The position numbers were made by a program, and so were the translations under genes. The notes under the pieces are model-generated. The model was not told the origin of the DNA. It searched no databases and saw nothing but the letters and a program-made list of their open reading frames with translations. This document shows positions 24,897-34,380 of a DNA stretch of 41,880 nt, in pieces (position 1 is the first letter of the stretch; every line of letters starts with the position of its first letter). Where the stretch lies: assembly GCA_030583685.1 (NCBI GenBank), contig CP129470.1, positions 701,412 to 743,291 on the forward strand, read 5' to 3'. The stretch is from Candidatus Dojkabacteria bacterium (GTDB lineage Bacteria > Patescibacteriota > Dojkabacteria > GCA-002793355).

Positions 24897-24937
24897 AGAA
24901 GAGTATATCGCATTTTACCGAAGTTCGTTTCACTAGA

Positions 24938-25714
24938 TTGAGCAGGCAAATGTGTGAAAATTATGTTATGAATTCAAACGCAATACGGCAATATCTGAAC
25001 GCTCTTGACGATCAGCATACTGCTTCAAAAAAAATAGCAATTTTTGCTGACTTTGATGAATGTGCGACAGAACAACATTTATCTCGAATGGTTACCGAAG
25101 CAGTACTTAAAGGGAAATCGACACCTGCAATAGAGATGGCAAAAAAAGACAATACTACTCGAGGGTTGCATATACTGGGTAATGTTTATATAGGATTACC
25201 CTTACTGAAGTTTACGCAAGTGATTGATTCGGTCGTCGATATTGCAACTCCACGAAAAAACTTCGTGAAATTCCTAAATTTTGTCGCATCTGAAAAGGCA
25301 GTCGTCTTGTATTTTGTAAGTTCTGGCTTGTCTATGGTAATTTCACGATTTTTAAACAAGGTACACAAAGAAACGTGTTCTTTTGTGTATACAGTCGCGA
25401 CCTCGATGAATACGAACGAACAGGGGACAATTTCTTCTCACGGCGCGTTGTTTGGAGTTGCAGAGAAAGGTCAAGTGGTGTCATATTTACGAAAGAAACA
25501 CAAATATGCTTGTTGCGTAACGTTAGGGCACAGTTCGGGTGATTATGAGTTAGTGAAAGCCGGTGACAGAGGTATGCGTCTCTGTTTCGATGACAGCCCG
25601 CAACTTCATAAGGTCGCTGACAGGATGATTGAAGACTGGGACTGGGGGCAAGTGGAAGCGTTAGTTAAAAGCAAATTACGAACAGTAACGGGGCTAAGTG
25701 AAGCTTTGGGCTAA
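24938..25714 (+). CDS. HAD-IB-like phosphatase family protein
   Basis: Motif I-like IAIFADFDECAT, motif II VSSGLS and motif IV-like GHSSGDYE. The start (TTG 24938, ATG 24950 or ATG 24968) is uncertain. Confidence 0.45.
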   Translation: MSRQMCENYVMNSNAIRQYLNALDDQHTASKKIAIFADFDECATEQHLSRMVTEAVLKGKSTPAIEMAKKDNTTRGLHILGNVYIGLPLLKFTQVIDSVVDIATPRKNFVKFLNFVASEKAVVLYFVSSGLSMVISRFLNKVHKETCSFVYTVATSMNTNEQGTISSHGALFGVAEKGQVVSYLRKKHKYACCVTLGHSSGDYELVKAGDRGMRLCFDDSPQLHKVADRMIEDWDWGQVEALVKSKLRTVTGLSEALG

Positions 25715-25785
25715 ACCTTTGATTTTCTCTCATTCTAGTAGTATAATCCACTCGACTCCTTTGTTTAAGATAATTCAAAATTGGT

Positions 25786-27879
25786 ATGGCAAAAGCCGAA
25801 AACGCAAAGATTGACCTACATTTAGTTCGAAACTTTGGTACGATTGCACACATTGATGCAGGAAAAACGACAACTTCTGAGAGAATGTTGTACTTTACGG
25901 GAAAAACTCACAAAGTTGGTGAAGTTCACGAAGGTGCAGCAACTATGGATTATCTTGCTGAAGAAAAAGCACGAGGAGTCACCATCGTTGCGGCTGCAAC
26001 AACTTGTTTTTGGACAAAAGAGGGAGTAAAACATCGATTGAACTTAATTGATACCCCTGGACACGTCGATTTTACAGCGGAAGTAGAGCGATCTCTACGT
26101 GTCCTTGACGGTGCCGTTGTTATCTTTGATGGTAAGACAGGTGTTCAAGCACAAACTGAAACAGTCTGGAGGCAAGCAGATAAGTACCATGTTCCAAGAA
26201 TCTGTTTTGTTAACAAGTTAAACATCGTTGGTGGAGATTTTTATGCAAGCCTGAAGTCTATTCAGGAAAGATTATCAAAGAACGCAACAGCATTGGCTTT
26301 GCCTATTGGAATTGAAGATAATCTGACGGGACTTGTTGATCTTCTTGATCAAAAGGCTTATATCTACAAAGATATTAATCAATTCGATTTGGAAGAAGTA
26401 CCTGTTCCCGAGGATATGAAGGAAAAGGTTGCGGAATATCGAAATATTCTTATTGAAAAAATTGTTGAGTTTGATGACAAATTGATGGAAATGTACCTGG
26501 AAGGTAAGGAAATTCCTGTAGAAGATTTGCGAAAAACCTTACGAAAGGGCACTATTCAGAGTGGAATCTTCCCTGTTCTTGGGGGTAATGCTCGTGGCCC
26601 AATTATTAGGCAGTTACTTGATAATATTGTGAATTACCTACCTTCGCCTCTCGATGTTCCCCCTGTCGAAGGTACAAATCCTAAGACTCAGGAAACAGTC
26701 ACTCGTCATCCAGATGAAAAGGACCCGCTCTCAGCATTGGTATTTAAAGTCGTGAGTGATGAACATGTTGGGACATTGTCTTATGTTCGAGTCTATTCAG
26801 GAGTCCTAAGACCAGGGTCGTATGTCTGGAACTCAACAAAGAATGAAATGGAACGTATCGGTCGAGTTCTGCTGATTCATGCTGCCCACCGAGAAGAAGT
26901 GGAAGAGCTTCGAGCAGGAGAAATTGGAGGAGTCGTCGGCATGAAAAAGAGTGTCACGGGCGACACGCTTTCTGATCAAACAAACCCAGTAATTCTGGAG
27001 AATATCAAATTTGCTGATCCTGTTGTTTCTGCCTCAATTTTCCCAATGACCAAACAAGATTCCGAAAAAATGGCAGATGTCTTGGCGAAAGTTCAGGTTG
27101 AGGACCCTACCATTAAAGTTAAGGTTGATCCTGAAACTGCTGAAACAATCATTATGGGTATGGGGCAGTTCCACTTGCAGATCTGGACTGAGCGTATGGC
27201 GAGTGCAATGGGGTTATCTACCAGATTAGGTGAGCCAAAAGTTGCTTATCGGGAATCAATTGGAACCTCTGTTAAGATGGAAGGAAAGTTCGTTCGACAG
27301 TCTGGTGGTAAAGGACAATATGGACACTGTTGGCTTCGCCTGGAACCACAAGAGCGAGGTGCAGGGTTCGAATTCATTGATGAAGTAAAGGGTGGCGCAA
27401 TTCCTAGAGAATACATTCCTGCAGTTCGCAAGGGTGTTGAAGAGGCGTTGCAAGCTGGCGTAATTGCAGGATATCCAGTCGTTGATGTTAAAGTCGCCGT
27501 TTATGATGGGTCTTATCACGATGTCGATTCCTCTGAAGCTGCCTTCAAAGTCGCCGGTGCCCAAGCGTTTAAGGATGGTCAAAAAGCCGCTCAACCCTAC
27601 ATCCTTGAACCAATTATGAAGATTGAAGTCATGGTCCCTGATCAATATCTTGGTGAAGTGACTGGTTTACTCAACAGTAAGCGAGCACAAATTCAAGGTG
27701 CAAGTGAACGAGCAGGATTACAAGTTATTCTTGCAGACATTCCCTTGTCAGAGACTTTTGACTTTACCACAAGGCTTCGTGCATCAACCTCTGGTCGTGG
27801 GTCATCGTATATGGAGTTCTCTCATTATGACAGAGTTCCAAATTCGTTGGTCGCACAATTGGTGCAAAATGCGAAATAG
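25786..27879 (+). CDS. fusA: translation elongation factor G (non-canonical G4 motif NKLN)
   Basis: AHIDAGKTT and DTPGHVDF are present, and the five-domain EF-G aligns over the full 697 aa (for example HDVDSSEAAF, GMGQFHLQI). Confidence 0.95.
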   Translation: MAKAENAKIDLHLVRNFGTIAHIDAGKTTTSERMLYFTGKTHKVGEVHEGAATMDYLAEEKARGVTIVAAATTCFWTKEGVKHRLNLIDTPGHVDFTAEVERSLRVLDGAVVIFDGKTGVQAQTETVWRQADKYHVPRICFVNKLNIVGGDFYASLKSIQERLSKNATALALPIGIEDNLTGLVDLLDQKAYIYKDINQFDLEEVPVPEDMKEKVAEYRNILIEKIVEFDDKLMEMYLEGKEIPVEDLRKTLRKGTIQSGIFPVLGGNARGPIIRQLLDNIVNYLPSPLDVPPVEGTNPKTQETVTRHPDEKDPLSALVFKVVSDEHVGTLSYVRVYSGVLRPGSYVWNSTKNEMERIGRVLLIHAAHREEVEELRAGEIGGVVGMKKSVTGDTLSDQTNPVILENIKFADPVVSASIFPMTKQDSEKMADVLAKVQVEDPTIKVKVDPETAETIIMGMGQFHLQIWTERMASAMGLSTRLGEPKVAYRESIGTSVKMEGKFVRQSGGKGQYGHCWLRLEPQERGAGFEFIDEVKGGAIPREYIPAVRKGVEEALQAGVIAGYPVVDVKVAVYDGSYHDVDSSEAAFKVAGAQAFKDGQKAAQPYILEPIMKIEVMVPDQYLGEVTGLLNSKRAQIQGASERAGLQVILADIPLSETFDFTTRLRASTSGRGSSYMEFSHYDRVPNSLVAQLVQNAK

Positions 27880-27911
27880 TAGAAAAAGTTAGAAAAAGAG
27901 TGCAAAAGGTA

Positions 27912-27940
27912 TTGCATTCACTAAAAACTTTTGATATTAT
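27912..27940 (+). promoter_or_regulatory. sigma70-like promoter upstream of tuf
   Basis: TTGCAT (27912-27917), 17-nt spacer, TATTAT (27935-27940). Confidence 0.4.
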
Positions 27941-27991
27941 TAAGGAGCTTTTTGTAAGCAACGTATACATTAATTAATAAAATATTGAAAC

Positions 27992-29158
27992 ATGGCAACA
28001 TTTGAACGAAATAAGCCACACTTTAACATTGGAACTCTTGGTCACGTCGACCACGGAAAGTCAACACTTTCTCGTGCAGTACTTCGTGCATTTGATCCAC
28101 AGTGGCAAGCAACTGCAGATAAGATTGATAAGGCACCTGAATCACGAAATCGAGGAATCACTATTTCGATTGCTCACGTAGAATTTGAAACACCAAATCG
28201 ACACTATGCATGGATTGACTGTCCAGGACACAAAGACTATATCAAGAACATGATTACTGGTGCAGCTCAATTAGACGGTGCGTTACTTGTTGTTTCTTCA
28301 ACAGATGGTCCAATGCCTCAAACACGAGAGCACGTCTTGTTGGCACGACAGGTTGGTGTTCCAAAACTCGCAGTTGTTATTAACAAATTCGGTCAGACAG
28401 ATGATGAGATCCTTGAACTTATCACCGAAGATGCTCGCGACTTGCTTTCAAAGAATGGTTACGATCGAGAAGCACCTGTCTTTGTCATTGATGCATTTAA
28501 AGCATCAGAAGGTGATGAAGAGTGGGTTGGAAAGGTTCAAGAAATGATGGCAAAGGTTGACGAATACTTCGAAATGCCAGAGCGCGAAATGGATAAGCCA
28601 TTCTTGATGGGTATTGAAGATGTCTTCTCAATTACTGGACGAGGAACTGTTTGTACTGGTCGTGTTGAACGAGGAACATTGAATGTTAACCAAGATGTTG
28701 AACTTCTTGGTCTCGGACACAAACCAGTCAAGACAACCGCAACTGGACTTGAAATGTTCCGAAAATCACTTGATCAGGTTGTTGCAGGTGATAATGTCGG
28801 TGTACTGGTCCGTGGTATTGAAAGAAAAGATGTTGAGCGAGGTATGGTATTGGCAGCTCCAGGATCCGTTACTATGCATACCGAATTCAAGGCAAGCGTT
28901 TACGTCCTGAAAAAGGAAGAAGGTGGACGACACACTGCATTCGTCAGTGGATACCGACCACAGTTCTACATTAAAACTGCAGATGTTACTGGTGAAGTAA
29001 CCTTGGCAGATGGTGTCGAAATGATTATGCCGGGAGACAACGCAGATCTTACTGTTAAATTGATTGTTCCAGTTGTTATCGAAAAGGGAATGAAGTTCGC
29101 TGTTCGAGAAGGTGGAACGACCGTAGGTGCAGGAGTTGTCACCGAAATCGTTAAATAG
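27992..29158 (+). CDS. tuf: translation elongation factor Tu (non-canonical G4 motif NKFG)
   Basis: [19 protein letters not shown] and a colinear match to EF-Tu through domain III ([19 protein letters not shown]). 388 aa. Confidence 0.95.
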   Translation: MATFERNKPHFNIGTLGHVDHGKSTLSRAVLRAFDPQWQATADKIDKAPESRNRGITISIAHVEFETPNRHYAWIDCPGHKDYIKNMITGAAQLDGALLVVSSTDGPMPQTREHVLLARQVGVPKLAVVINKFGQTDDEILELITEDARDLLSKNGYDREAPVFVIDAFKASEGDEEWVGKVQEMMAKVDEYFEMPEREMDKPFLMGIEDVFSITGRGTVCTGRVERGTLNVNQDVELLGLGHKPVKTTATGLEMFRKSLDQVVAGDNVGVLVRGIERKDVERGMVLAAPGSVTMHTEFKASVYVLKKEEGGRHTAFVSGYRPQFYIKTADVTGEVTLADGVEMIMPGDNADLTVKLIVPVVIEKGMKFAVREGGTTVGAGVVTEIVK

Positions 29159-29164
29159 GTGATT

Positions 29165-29194
29165 GTGGGGCTTTGCCCCACGCTCTGCTCTTTT
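29165..29194 (+). terminator. hairpin plus T-rich tract between tuf and rpsJ (possible attenuator or terminator)
   Basis: GTGGGGC-ttt-GCCCCAC (29165-29181) is followed by gctctgctctttt. Confidence 0.4.
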
Positions 29195-29215
29195 ACATAA
29201 TAGGAAACAAAAAAT

Positions 29216-29539
29216 ATGGCAAACGACACTGGTTCAGTAAAAATCAAAGTGAAACTCGCTGCTTACGATATTAAGCTTCTTGACACAACAGTCAAAAATA
29301 TCGTTGCAAACGTAGTTAAAACAGGAGCTCAAGTCGTTGGGCCAGTTATGCTTCCTGTTGAAAGAAAAGTCTGGGCAGTTAATAAATCACCTCACGTGTA
29401 TAAGTCATCGATGGAGCATTTTGAAATGCGTACACATCGCAGACTTATATTGATTTCTCAATGGAATCCAAAAACAATCGAGGCATTGCAAGGTGTTAAT
29501 GTTCCTGCAGGTGTATCAGTTGAGTTGAATCAGAAATAA
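29216..29539 (+). CDS. rpsJ: 30S ribosomal protein S10
   Basis: Family match (KIKVKLAAYD...SPHVYKSSMEHFEMRTHRRLI) and operon position. Confidence 0.95.
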   Translation: MANDTGSVKIKVKLAAYDIKLLDTTVKNIVANVVKTGAQVVGPVMLPVERKVWAVNKSPHVYKSSMEHFEMRTHRRLILISQWNPKTIEALQGVNVPAGVSVELNQK

Positions 29540-29540
29540 C

Positions 29541-30116
29541 ATGGTACTCTTTGGTAAAAAAATTGGAATGACTCATGTTGAGGAAGGGTATCTCGTGAAG
29601 CCCGTTACTGTTTTGGACATTTCTGAGAATGTTGTGGCTCGTATTGGTGACAAAGTGATGCTTGGGTTTGGGAAAGTTAAGAACCCAACAAAAGCACAGC
29701 TTGGTCAATATAAGGAGTTGGGCTTTGTCCCTCAACTCGTACTTGAGACAGATATTCCAGTTGAAGGTTCACAGATTGGTGCCTATACTCCAGCAGAAAT
29801 GCCAGAGAAGGTACACGCACGAGGTACTTCAAAAGGAAAAGGGTTTGCCGGTGTTGTAAAACGACATGGCTTTAAAGGGGGAAAAGAAACACACGGACAA
29901 TCTGATCGTGTTCGTGCGCCGGGTTCAATTGGTGCAGGTACAACACCAGGTCGTGTCTTTAAGGGAACCCGTATGGCTGGGAGAATGGGAACGGATACGG
30001 TAAAAGTACGAAATTTGAAAGTCGTAAAGGTATTTACAGAAGACGGGAAGTCGCTGATGGTTCTGAAAGGAGCTATTCCAGGACCGAACGGAAGTATAAT
30101 TCAACTATCTTGGTAA
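29541..30116 (+). CDS. rplC: 50S ribosomal protein L3
   Basis: GKKIGMTHV...[19 protein letters not shown] and operon position. Confidence 0.95.
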   Translation: MVLFGKKIGMTHVEEGYLVKPVTVLDISENVVARIGDKVMLGFGKVKNPTKAQLGQYKELGFVPQLVLETDIPVEGSQIGAYTPAEMPEKVHARGTSKGKGFAGVVKRHGFKGGKETHGQSDRVRAPGSIGAGTTPGRVFKGTRMAGRMGTDTVKVRNLKVVKVFTEDGKSLMVLKGAIPGPNGSIIQLSW

Positions 30117-30745
30117 TGTCACTCACACTTCCAATTTACAATCTAGAGGCAAAGAAAGTAGGTGACTACGCCTATACGCCATTTGAAGAAAAAATGTCTG
30201 CAGCCATGATTGCACAGGTACTTCGAGTCTATCGAACTAACCAACATCAAGGCACAGCGCAAGCTAAAACTCGCGGTGAAGTATCTCATCCAGAAAAGAA
30301 GCCATGGAGGCAAAAAGGAACAGGAAGAGCTCGACATGGATCAAGAAATTCTCCAATTTGGGTCGGCGGAGGTGTCACCTTTGGTCCTCGTGCACATACG
30401 AAAAGACTAACGCTTTCTTCGGCACTTAAACAGAAAGCAATGAGATATTTCCTTGATCAGGAAATGGCACAAGGTTCAGTAGTTGTTTTTAACGAAGCGC
30501 ATTCTGTTGCGAAAACGAAAGAAGCAGCCTCCTTCTTAGCATCAGTCAATTCATTTAGACTTCCTATTGTTGTGGTATTACAAGCAAAAGACGAGAAGTC
30601 CACCTTAGTATTTAGAAATATTCCAGGTGTTACAATTCGCCGAGCATCACTATTGAGTCCTCTTGATATGAATAAAAAAGCTCTCTATGTTTTTGCAGAG
30701 GGAGCACTAAACACTTTAGTTGAAAGAATTTCTCATGACTCCTAA
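30116..30745 (+). CDS. rplD: 50S ribosomal protein L4
   Basis: [15 protein letters not shown] motif. ATG overlaps the L3 stop (TAATG). Confidence 0.9.
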   Translation: MSLTLPIYNLEAKKVGDYAYTPFEEKMSAAMIAQVLRVYRTNQHQGTAQAKTRGEVSHPEKKPWRQKGTGRARHGSRNSPIWVGGGVTFGPRAHTKRLTLSSALKQKAMRYFLDQEMAQGSVVVFNEAHSVAKTKEAASFLASVNSFRLPIVVVLQAKDEKSTLVFRNIPGVTIRRASLLSPLDMNKKALYVFAEGALNTLVERISHDS

Positions 30746-31010
30746 AATTTTCCCGGTAAAAACAGAAAAAACCTTTAAGTTGGCGAATTCTGGAATTTAC
30801 ACCTTTGCCACTATGCAAATGATGGAGAAATCTGATATAATCAAGGCACTTAAGGAAGTTTACGGTGTCGATGCAGTCGAGTGTACCTCTCTTGTAAGAA
30901 AAGGTAAACAAAAGAGAAATCTTTTAACTCGCAAGGCATACTCAACTCCTCAGTACAAGAAAGTGTACGTTCGATTGGCGAAAGGTCAATCGTTAGATCT
31001 TTTTAAATAA
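30735..31010 (+). CDS. rplW: 50S ribosomal protein L23
   Basis: Operon position, size, and the N-terminal PVKTEKTF motif. I preferred ATG 30735 over TTG 30720. Confidence 0.85.
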   Translation: MTPKIFPVKTEKTFKLANSGIYTFATMQMMEKSDIIKALKEVYGVDAVECTSLVRKGKQKRNLLTRKAYSTPQYKKVYVRLAKGQSLDLFK

Positions 31011-31029
31011 TTAATTATACTACCGAGCT

Positions 31030-31857
31030 ATGGCGCTCAAACGATATAAAGCAACAACTAACCCGCGAAGACAGCGAGTCATGATCGACCGTTCTGGTTT
31101 TGCAAAAAAGACCGCAGCGCCTAAGAGATTGTTGGCTCCTGCAAAGAAGGTTACTGGACGAAATAATCAAGGTCGTGTTACTGTACGACACCGAGGTGGT
31201 GGACAAAAGCGAATGTATCGGGTGATTGACTTCAATAGAAACAAGTTTGATATTCCTGGTAAAGTTGTTTCTCTCGAGTTTGATCCAAACCGAACGGGAG
31301 CTATTGCGCTCGTGACCTATGCAGACGGCGACAAGCGTTTTATTCTCGCACCTGCCGGGTTGGAGGTTGGAATGAGTGTTGTCTCTAGCCGTAAAGAAGT
31401 TTCGATTGATCCCGGAAATGCGACGCTCCTCAAGAATATTCCTTCTGGTTTCAATGTTCATAATGTTGAAATGTATCCAGGACAAGGTGCAAAACTTGGA
31501 CGTTCTGCAGGCAATTCATTGCAAGTGCAAGGACAAGTAGGAAAGTATGTTCAGGTAAAAATGCCATCAGGAGAAGTAAGACTTATCCATGGAGATTGTC
31601 TTGCGACTATTGGTGCTGTTTCAAATGAAGATCATCTTCACGAAGTTATTGGGAGTGCAGGTGTTAACCGAAGACTTGGTCGCAGACCAACAGTTCGTGG
31701 AGTTGCAATGCATGCACAGCAGCACCCTCACGGTGGTGGTGAAGGCAAGACCGGTACCGGTGGACCAGCTAAAGATATCTATGGACATCGAGTTGGAGTT
31801 CGAACCGGCGCAAACAAGAGAACAAAGAAATTTATTTTGAAACGAAGAACTAAATAA
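31030..31857 (+). CDS. rplB: 50S ribosomal protein L2
   Basis: GRNNQGRVTVRHRGGG and MHAQQHPHGGGEG motifs. Confidence 0.95.
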   Translation: MALKRYKATTNPRRQRVMIDRSGFAKKTAAPKRLLAPAKKVTGRNNQGRVTVRHRGGGQKRMYRVIDFNRNKFDIPGKVVSLEFDPNRTGAIALVTYADGDKRFILAPAGLEVGMSVVSSRKEVSIDPGNATLLKNIPSGFNVHNVEMYPGQGAKLGRSAGNSLQVQGQVGKYVQVKMPSGEVRLIHGDCLATIGAVSNEDHLHEVIGSAGVNRRLGRRPTVRGVAMHAQQHPHGGGEGKTGTGGPAKDIYGHRVGVRTGANKRTKKFILKRRTK

Positions 31858-31869
31858 ACATTAAGAGTT

Positions 31870-32184
31870 ATGTCACGATCACTAAAAAAAGGAATGTACA
31901 TCACGCCAAGCCTTCTCAAGAAGGTGACTGCTCTTCGTGAATCAGGGAAAGCGACAAGTGTTGTGGTAAAGACCTGGGCACGAGATTGTACAATCTTTCC
32001 TGATATGGTCGGTATGAAATTTGCCATTCATAATGGTAAAGATTTCATAACCGTCTTAATTACCGAAGATATGGTTGGGCACAGACTTGGTGAATTTGCG
32101 TTAACTCGTAAGTTCCAAGGTCATGCGAAGAAAGGTAAGATCTCTAAATTGTATGGATTCTCTGGTAGATTCCTTAAAGAGTAA
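31870..32184 (+). CDS. rpsS: 30S ribosomal protein S19
   Basis: MSRSLKKG...[19 protein letters not shown]. Confidence 0.95.
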   Translation: MSRSLKKGMYITPSLLKKVTALRESGKATSVVVKTWARDCTIFPDMVGMKFAIHNGKDFITVLITEDMVGHRLGEFALTRKFQGHAKKGKISKLYGFSGRFLKE

Positions 32185-32201
32185 GATGAATAGCGAGTAG
32201 T

Positions 32202-32540
32202 ATGATAGTAACAGCAAAACAAATTAATGTACCAATGTCTCCAAAGAAATTGGCTCGAGTGGTCGAAGTCGTCAAAGGACACACAGCCTCGAAGGCACTG
32301 GACGAGTTAAAACTTCTTCCAAAGAAGGGTGCCTTTTATGCGTACAAAGTGATTTCATCTGCTGTTGCGAATGCAGAGCATAACTTTAAGCTTGATACAG
32401 CAAAGTTGATAGTCTCAAAAATTTGGGTAACTGATGGAATGAAACGACTTCGCAAGGTACGTTTCGCATCGCGAGGAAGAGTTTCATTTGTCAGAAAATA
32501 TCGATCTAACTTATACGTCGAACTTTCGTATGGGAAATAA
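32202..32540 (+). CDS. rplV: 50S ribosomal protein L22
   Basis: Operon position and family match (SPKKLARVVEVVKG...). Confidence 0.9.
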   Translation: MIVTAKQINVPMSPKKLARVVEVVKGHTASKALDELKLLPKKGAFYAYKVISSAVANAEHNFKLDTAKLIVSKIWVTDGMKRLRKVRFASRGRVSFVRKYRSNLYVELSYGK

Positions 32541-33165
32541 GATTAATGCCACCGGACTCCGAATAGGCATCATCAAAAATTGGCTTTCAACGTGGTTTAG
32601 TGGGTCACGCGATGAGTATACAAAGAATCTTCACGAAGACCTAAAAGTCCGTGAATTTCTTCATAAAACGTTTGCTTCTGCAGAAATTCAAGAAATTGAA
32701 ATAAACCGATCACCAAGTTCACTCGAAATTGTTGTACACGTTGGACGACCCGGTATGGCAATTGGACGTGAAGGAAAGTTGATAGAAAAAGCGAAAAAAG
32801 ATATGCAGAAAGTGTTAAAAGCGAAAGCAGTTGATCTGCAAATCAAAGGTGTTCAGCAACCACAATTTTCTGCACGAATAATTGCACAACAGATTGCAGA
32901 TGGCATTGAAAAGCGTCGAAGTGTTAAATCATTGGTTAAACGAGCTATTGAATCTGCACAACGATCTGGTGTTCAAGGTATTAAAATTTGGGTAGCAGGT
33001 CGATTAACTGGAGGAGAGCATGCCAATATGTATAAAAAACAAATTGGTCGTGTACCTTTGCAAACTCTTCGAGCTGACATTGATTATGCCTATGTTCGTG
33101 CGAAATCGATGAGCGCAGGTATTTTAAGTGTAAAAGTTTGGATCTATAAAGGAGAAATCTATTAG
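32530..33165 (+). CDS. rpsC: 30S ribosomal protein S3
   Basis: MGNKINATGLRIGI start and a KH-domain region. It overlaps the L22 end by 11 nt. The upstream part of the ORF-track frame is rejected. Confidence 0.9.
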   Translation: MGNKINATGLRIGIIKNWLSTWFSGSRDEYTKNLHEDLKVREFLHKTFASAEIQEIEINRSPSSLEIVVHVGRPGMAIGREGKLIEKAKKDMQKVLKAKAVDLQIKGVQQPQFSARIIAQQIADGIEKRRSVKSLVKRAIESAQRSGVQGIKIWVAGRLTGGEHANMYKKQIGRVPLQTLRADIDYAYVRAKSMSAGILSVKVWIYKGEIY

Positions 33166-33185
33166 TAAAATTATCGTAAAGCAGT

Positions 33186-33596
33186 ATGTTACAACAACCA
33201 AAGAAACTAAAATTTAGAAAACCACACACCGTTGTTCCTCGAAACCGTAAACCCGTGGTCGATTCTCTTTCCTTTGGTTCGTTTGGTATAATGTCAATTG
33301 AAAATGCGTTGGTCAGTGCAAACCAGCTTGACGCAGCACGACGCGCCATCGTTGGATATGTAAAAAGAAAAGGGAAACTCTGGATGAAAGTCTTTCCTGA
33401 CCGACCAGTTACCAAGCATCCAGCAGAAACACGAATGGGTAGTGGTAAAGGTGATGTTGATTTCTTTGCCGCAGTTGTGAAAAAAGGTCGAATTATTTTC
33501 GAGCTTGGTGGTGTAGAGGAGAAAGATGCGTTGGAAGCGTTCCGCAGAGCGGCACACAAGCTTTCAGTAAAAGTTAAGATTGTGCGCAAGCAATAA
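33186..33596 (+). CDS. rplP: 50S ribosomal protein L16
   Basis: MLQQPKKLKFRKPH...ETRMGSGKG. Confidence 0.95.
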   Translation: MLQQPKKLKFRKPHTVVPRNRKPVVDSLSFGSFGIMSIENALVSANQLDAARRAIVGYVKRKGKLWMKVFPDRPVTKHPAETRMGSGKGDVDFFAAVVKKGRIIFELGGVEEKDALEAFRRAAHKLSVKVKIVRKQ

Positions 33597-33598
33597 TT

Positions 33599-33769
33599 AT
33601 GGAGAAAACAGAATTACTCGCAAAAATAAAAGATCTTCGAGCAAGTCTTGCTGCGAAACGAATTGAGCATGTCAAGGGCGAGTTAAAAGATACCAGTAGC
33701 TTGCGAAAAATGAAAAAAGAGCTTGCTGCTCTATTGTATAAGTTAAACGCGATGCAACATGGCTCGTAG
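33599..33769 (+). CDS. rpmC: 50S ribosomal protein L29
   Basis: 56-aa ORF below the ORF-track cutoff: MEKTELLAKIKDLRASLAAKRIEHVKGELKDTSSLRKMKKELAALLYKLNAMQHGS. It sits in the correct position between L16 and S17. Confidence 0.85.
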   Translation: MEKTELLAKIKDLRASLAAKRIEHVKGELKDTSSLRKMKKELAALLYKLNAMQHGS

Positions 33770-34007
33770 TGCGTTACAAGGTGAAATTACAAAAGTGAGT
33801 GGAAACAAGACCTATCGTGTTACCGTATCATATAAACGTCTTCATCCATTGTACAAAAAGATTGTTACCTACAAGAAATCACATTTAGTTCACAGCGAAA
33901 ACGAGCACGAAGTTGGTGAGAAAGTTTCTATCGTTCCCGCAGTGAAAAAGATTTCAAAAATGAAACATTATGTGTTTGTTAATGATAATAAGGTGAAGAA
34001 GAAATAG
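33759..34007 (+). CDS. rpsQ: 30S ribosomal protein S17
   Basis: Operon position and family match. It overlaps the L29 end by 11 nt. Confidence 0.9.
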   Translation: MARSALQGEITKVSGNKTYRVTVSYKRLHPLYKKIVTYKKSHLVHSENEHEVGEKVSIVPAVKKISKMKHYVFVNDNKVKKK

Positions 34008-34008
34008 T

Positions 34009-34380
34009 ATGTTGAAATTTGGAACATTTGTTAATGTCGCTGATAACTCTGGTGCCACAAAAGCACAAATAATCGGTACTTTTGGAGGAACGAAACGAAA
34101 AGTTATCCGTTTGGGTAACGTTGTTAAAGTGACTGTAAAAGCAGCTCGACCTCACGCAGGCGTGAAGAAGAGTGAGCTCTTTCGTGCGGTGGTTGTTCGT
34201 GTAAAAAAAGAGCATCGACGCGAAGATGGCACGTATATTCGATTTGACGATAACGCAGTGGTCCTCCTTGATGGAACCACAAACGAGCCAAAGGGAACAC
34301 GAATTTTTGGACCAGTTGCTCGTGAATTAAAAGCTCATGGCTTTGACAAAATAACTTACTTAGCGCCAGAAACACTATGA
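34009..34380 (+). CDS. rplN: 50S ribosomal protein L14
   Basis: VADNSGA...RFDDNAVVLL...IFGPVAREL. Confidence 0.95.
   Translation: MLKFGTFVNVADNSGATKAQIIGTFGGTKRKVIRLGNVVKVTVKAARPHAGVKKSELFRAVVVRVKKEHRREDGTYIRFDDNAVVLLDGTTNEPKGTRIFGPVARELKAHGFDKITYLAPETL

Noticed and set aside
31015-33589. Long antisense ORFs inside the ribosomal protein genes (31015-31485, 32981-33589). Similar shadow ORFs occur elsewhere (1156-1533, 7514-8062, 27256-27645, 41113-41685, 41636-41872).
   Set aside because: They lie entirely opposite strongly conserved genes and have Cys/Ser/Phe-rich shadow-frame composition. They are typical antisense artefacts in AT-rich DNA.
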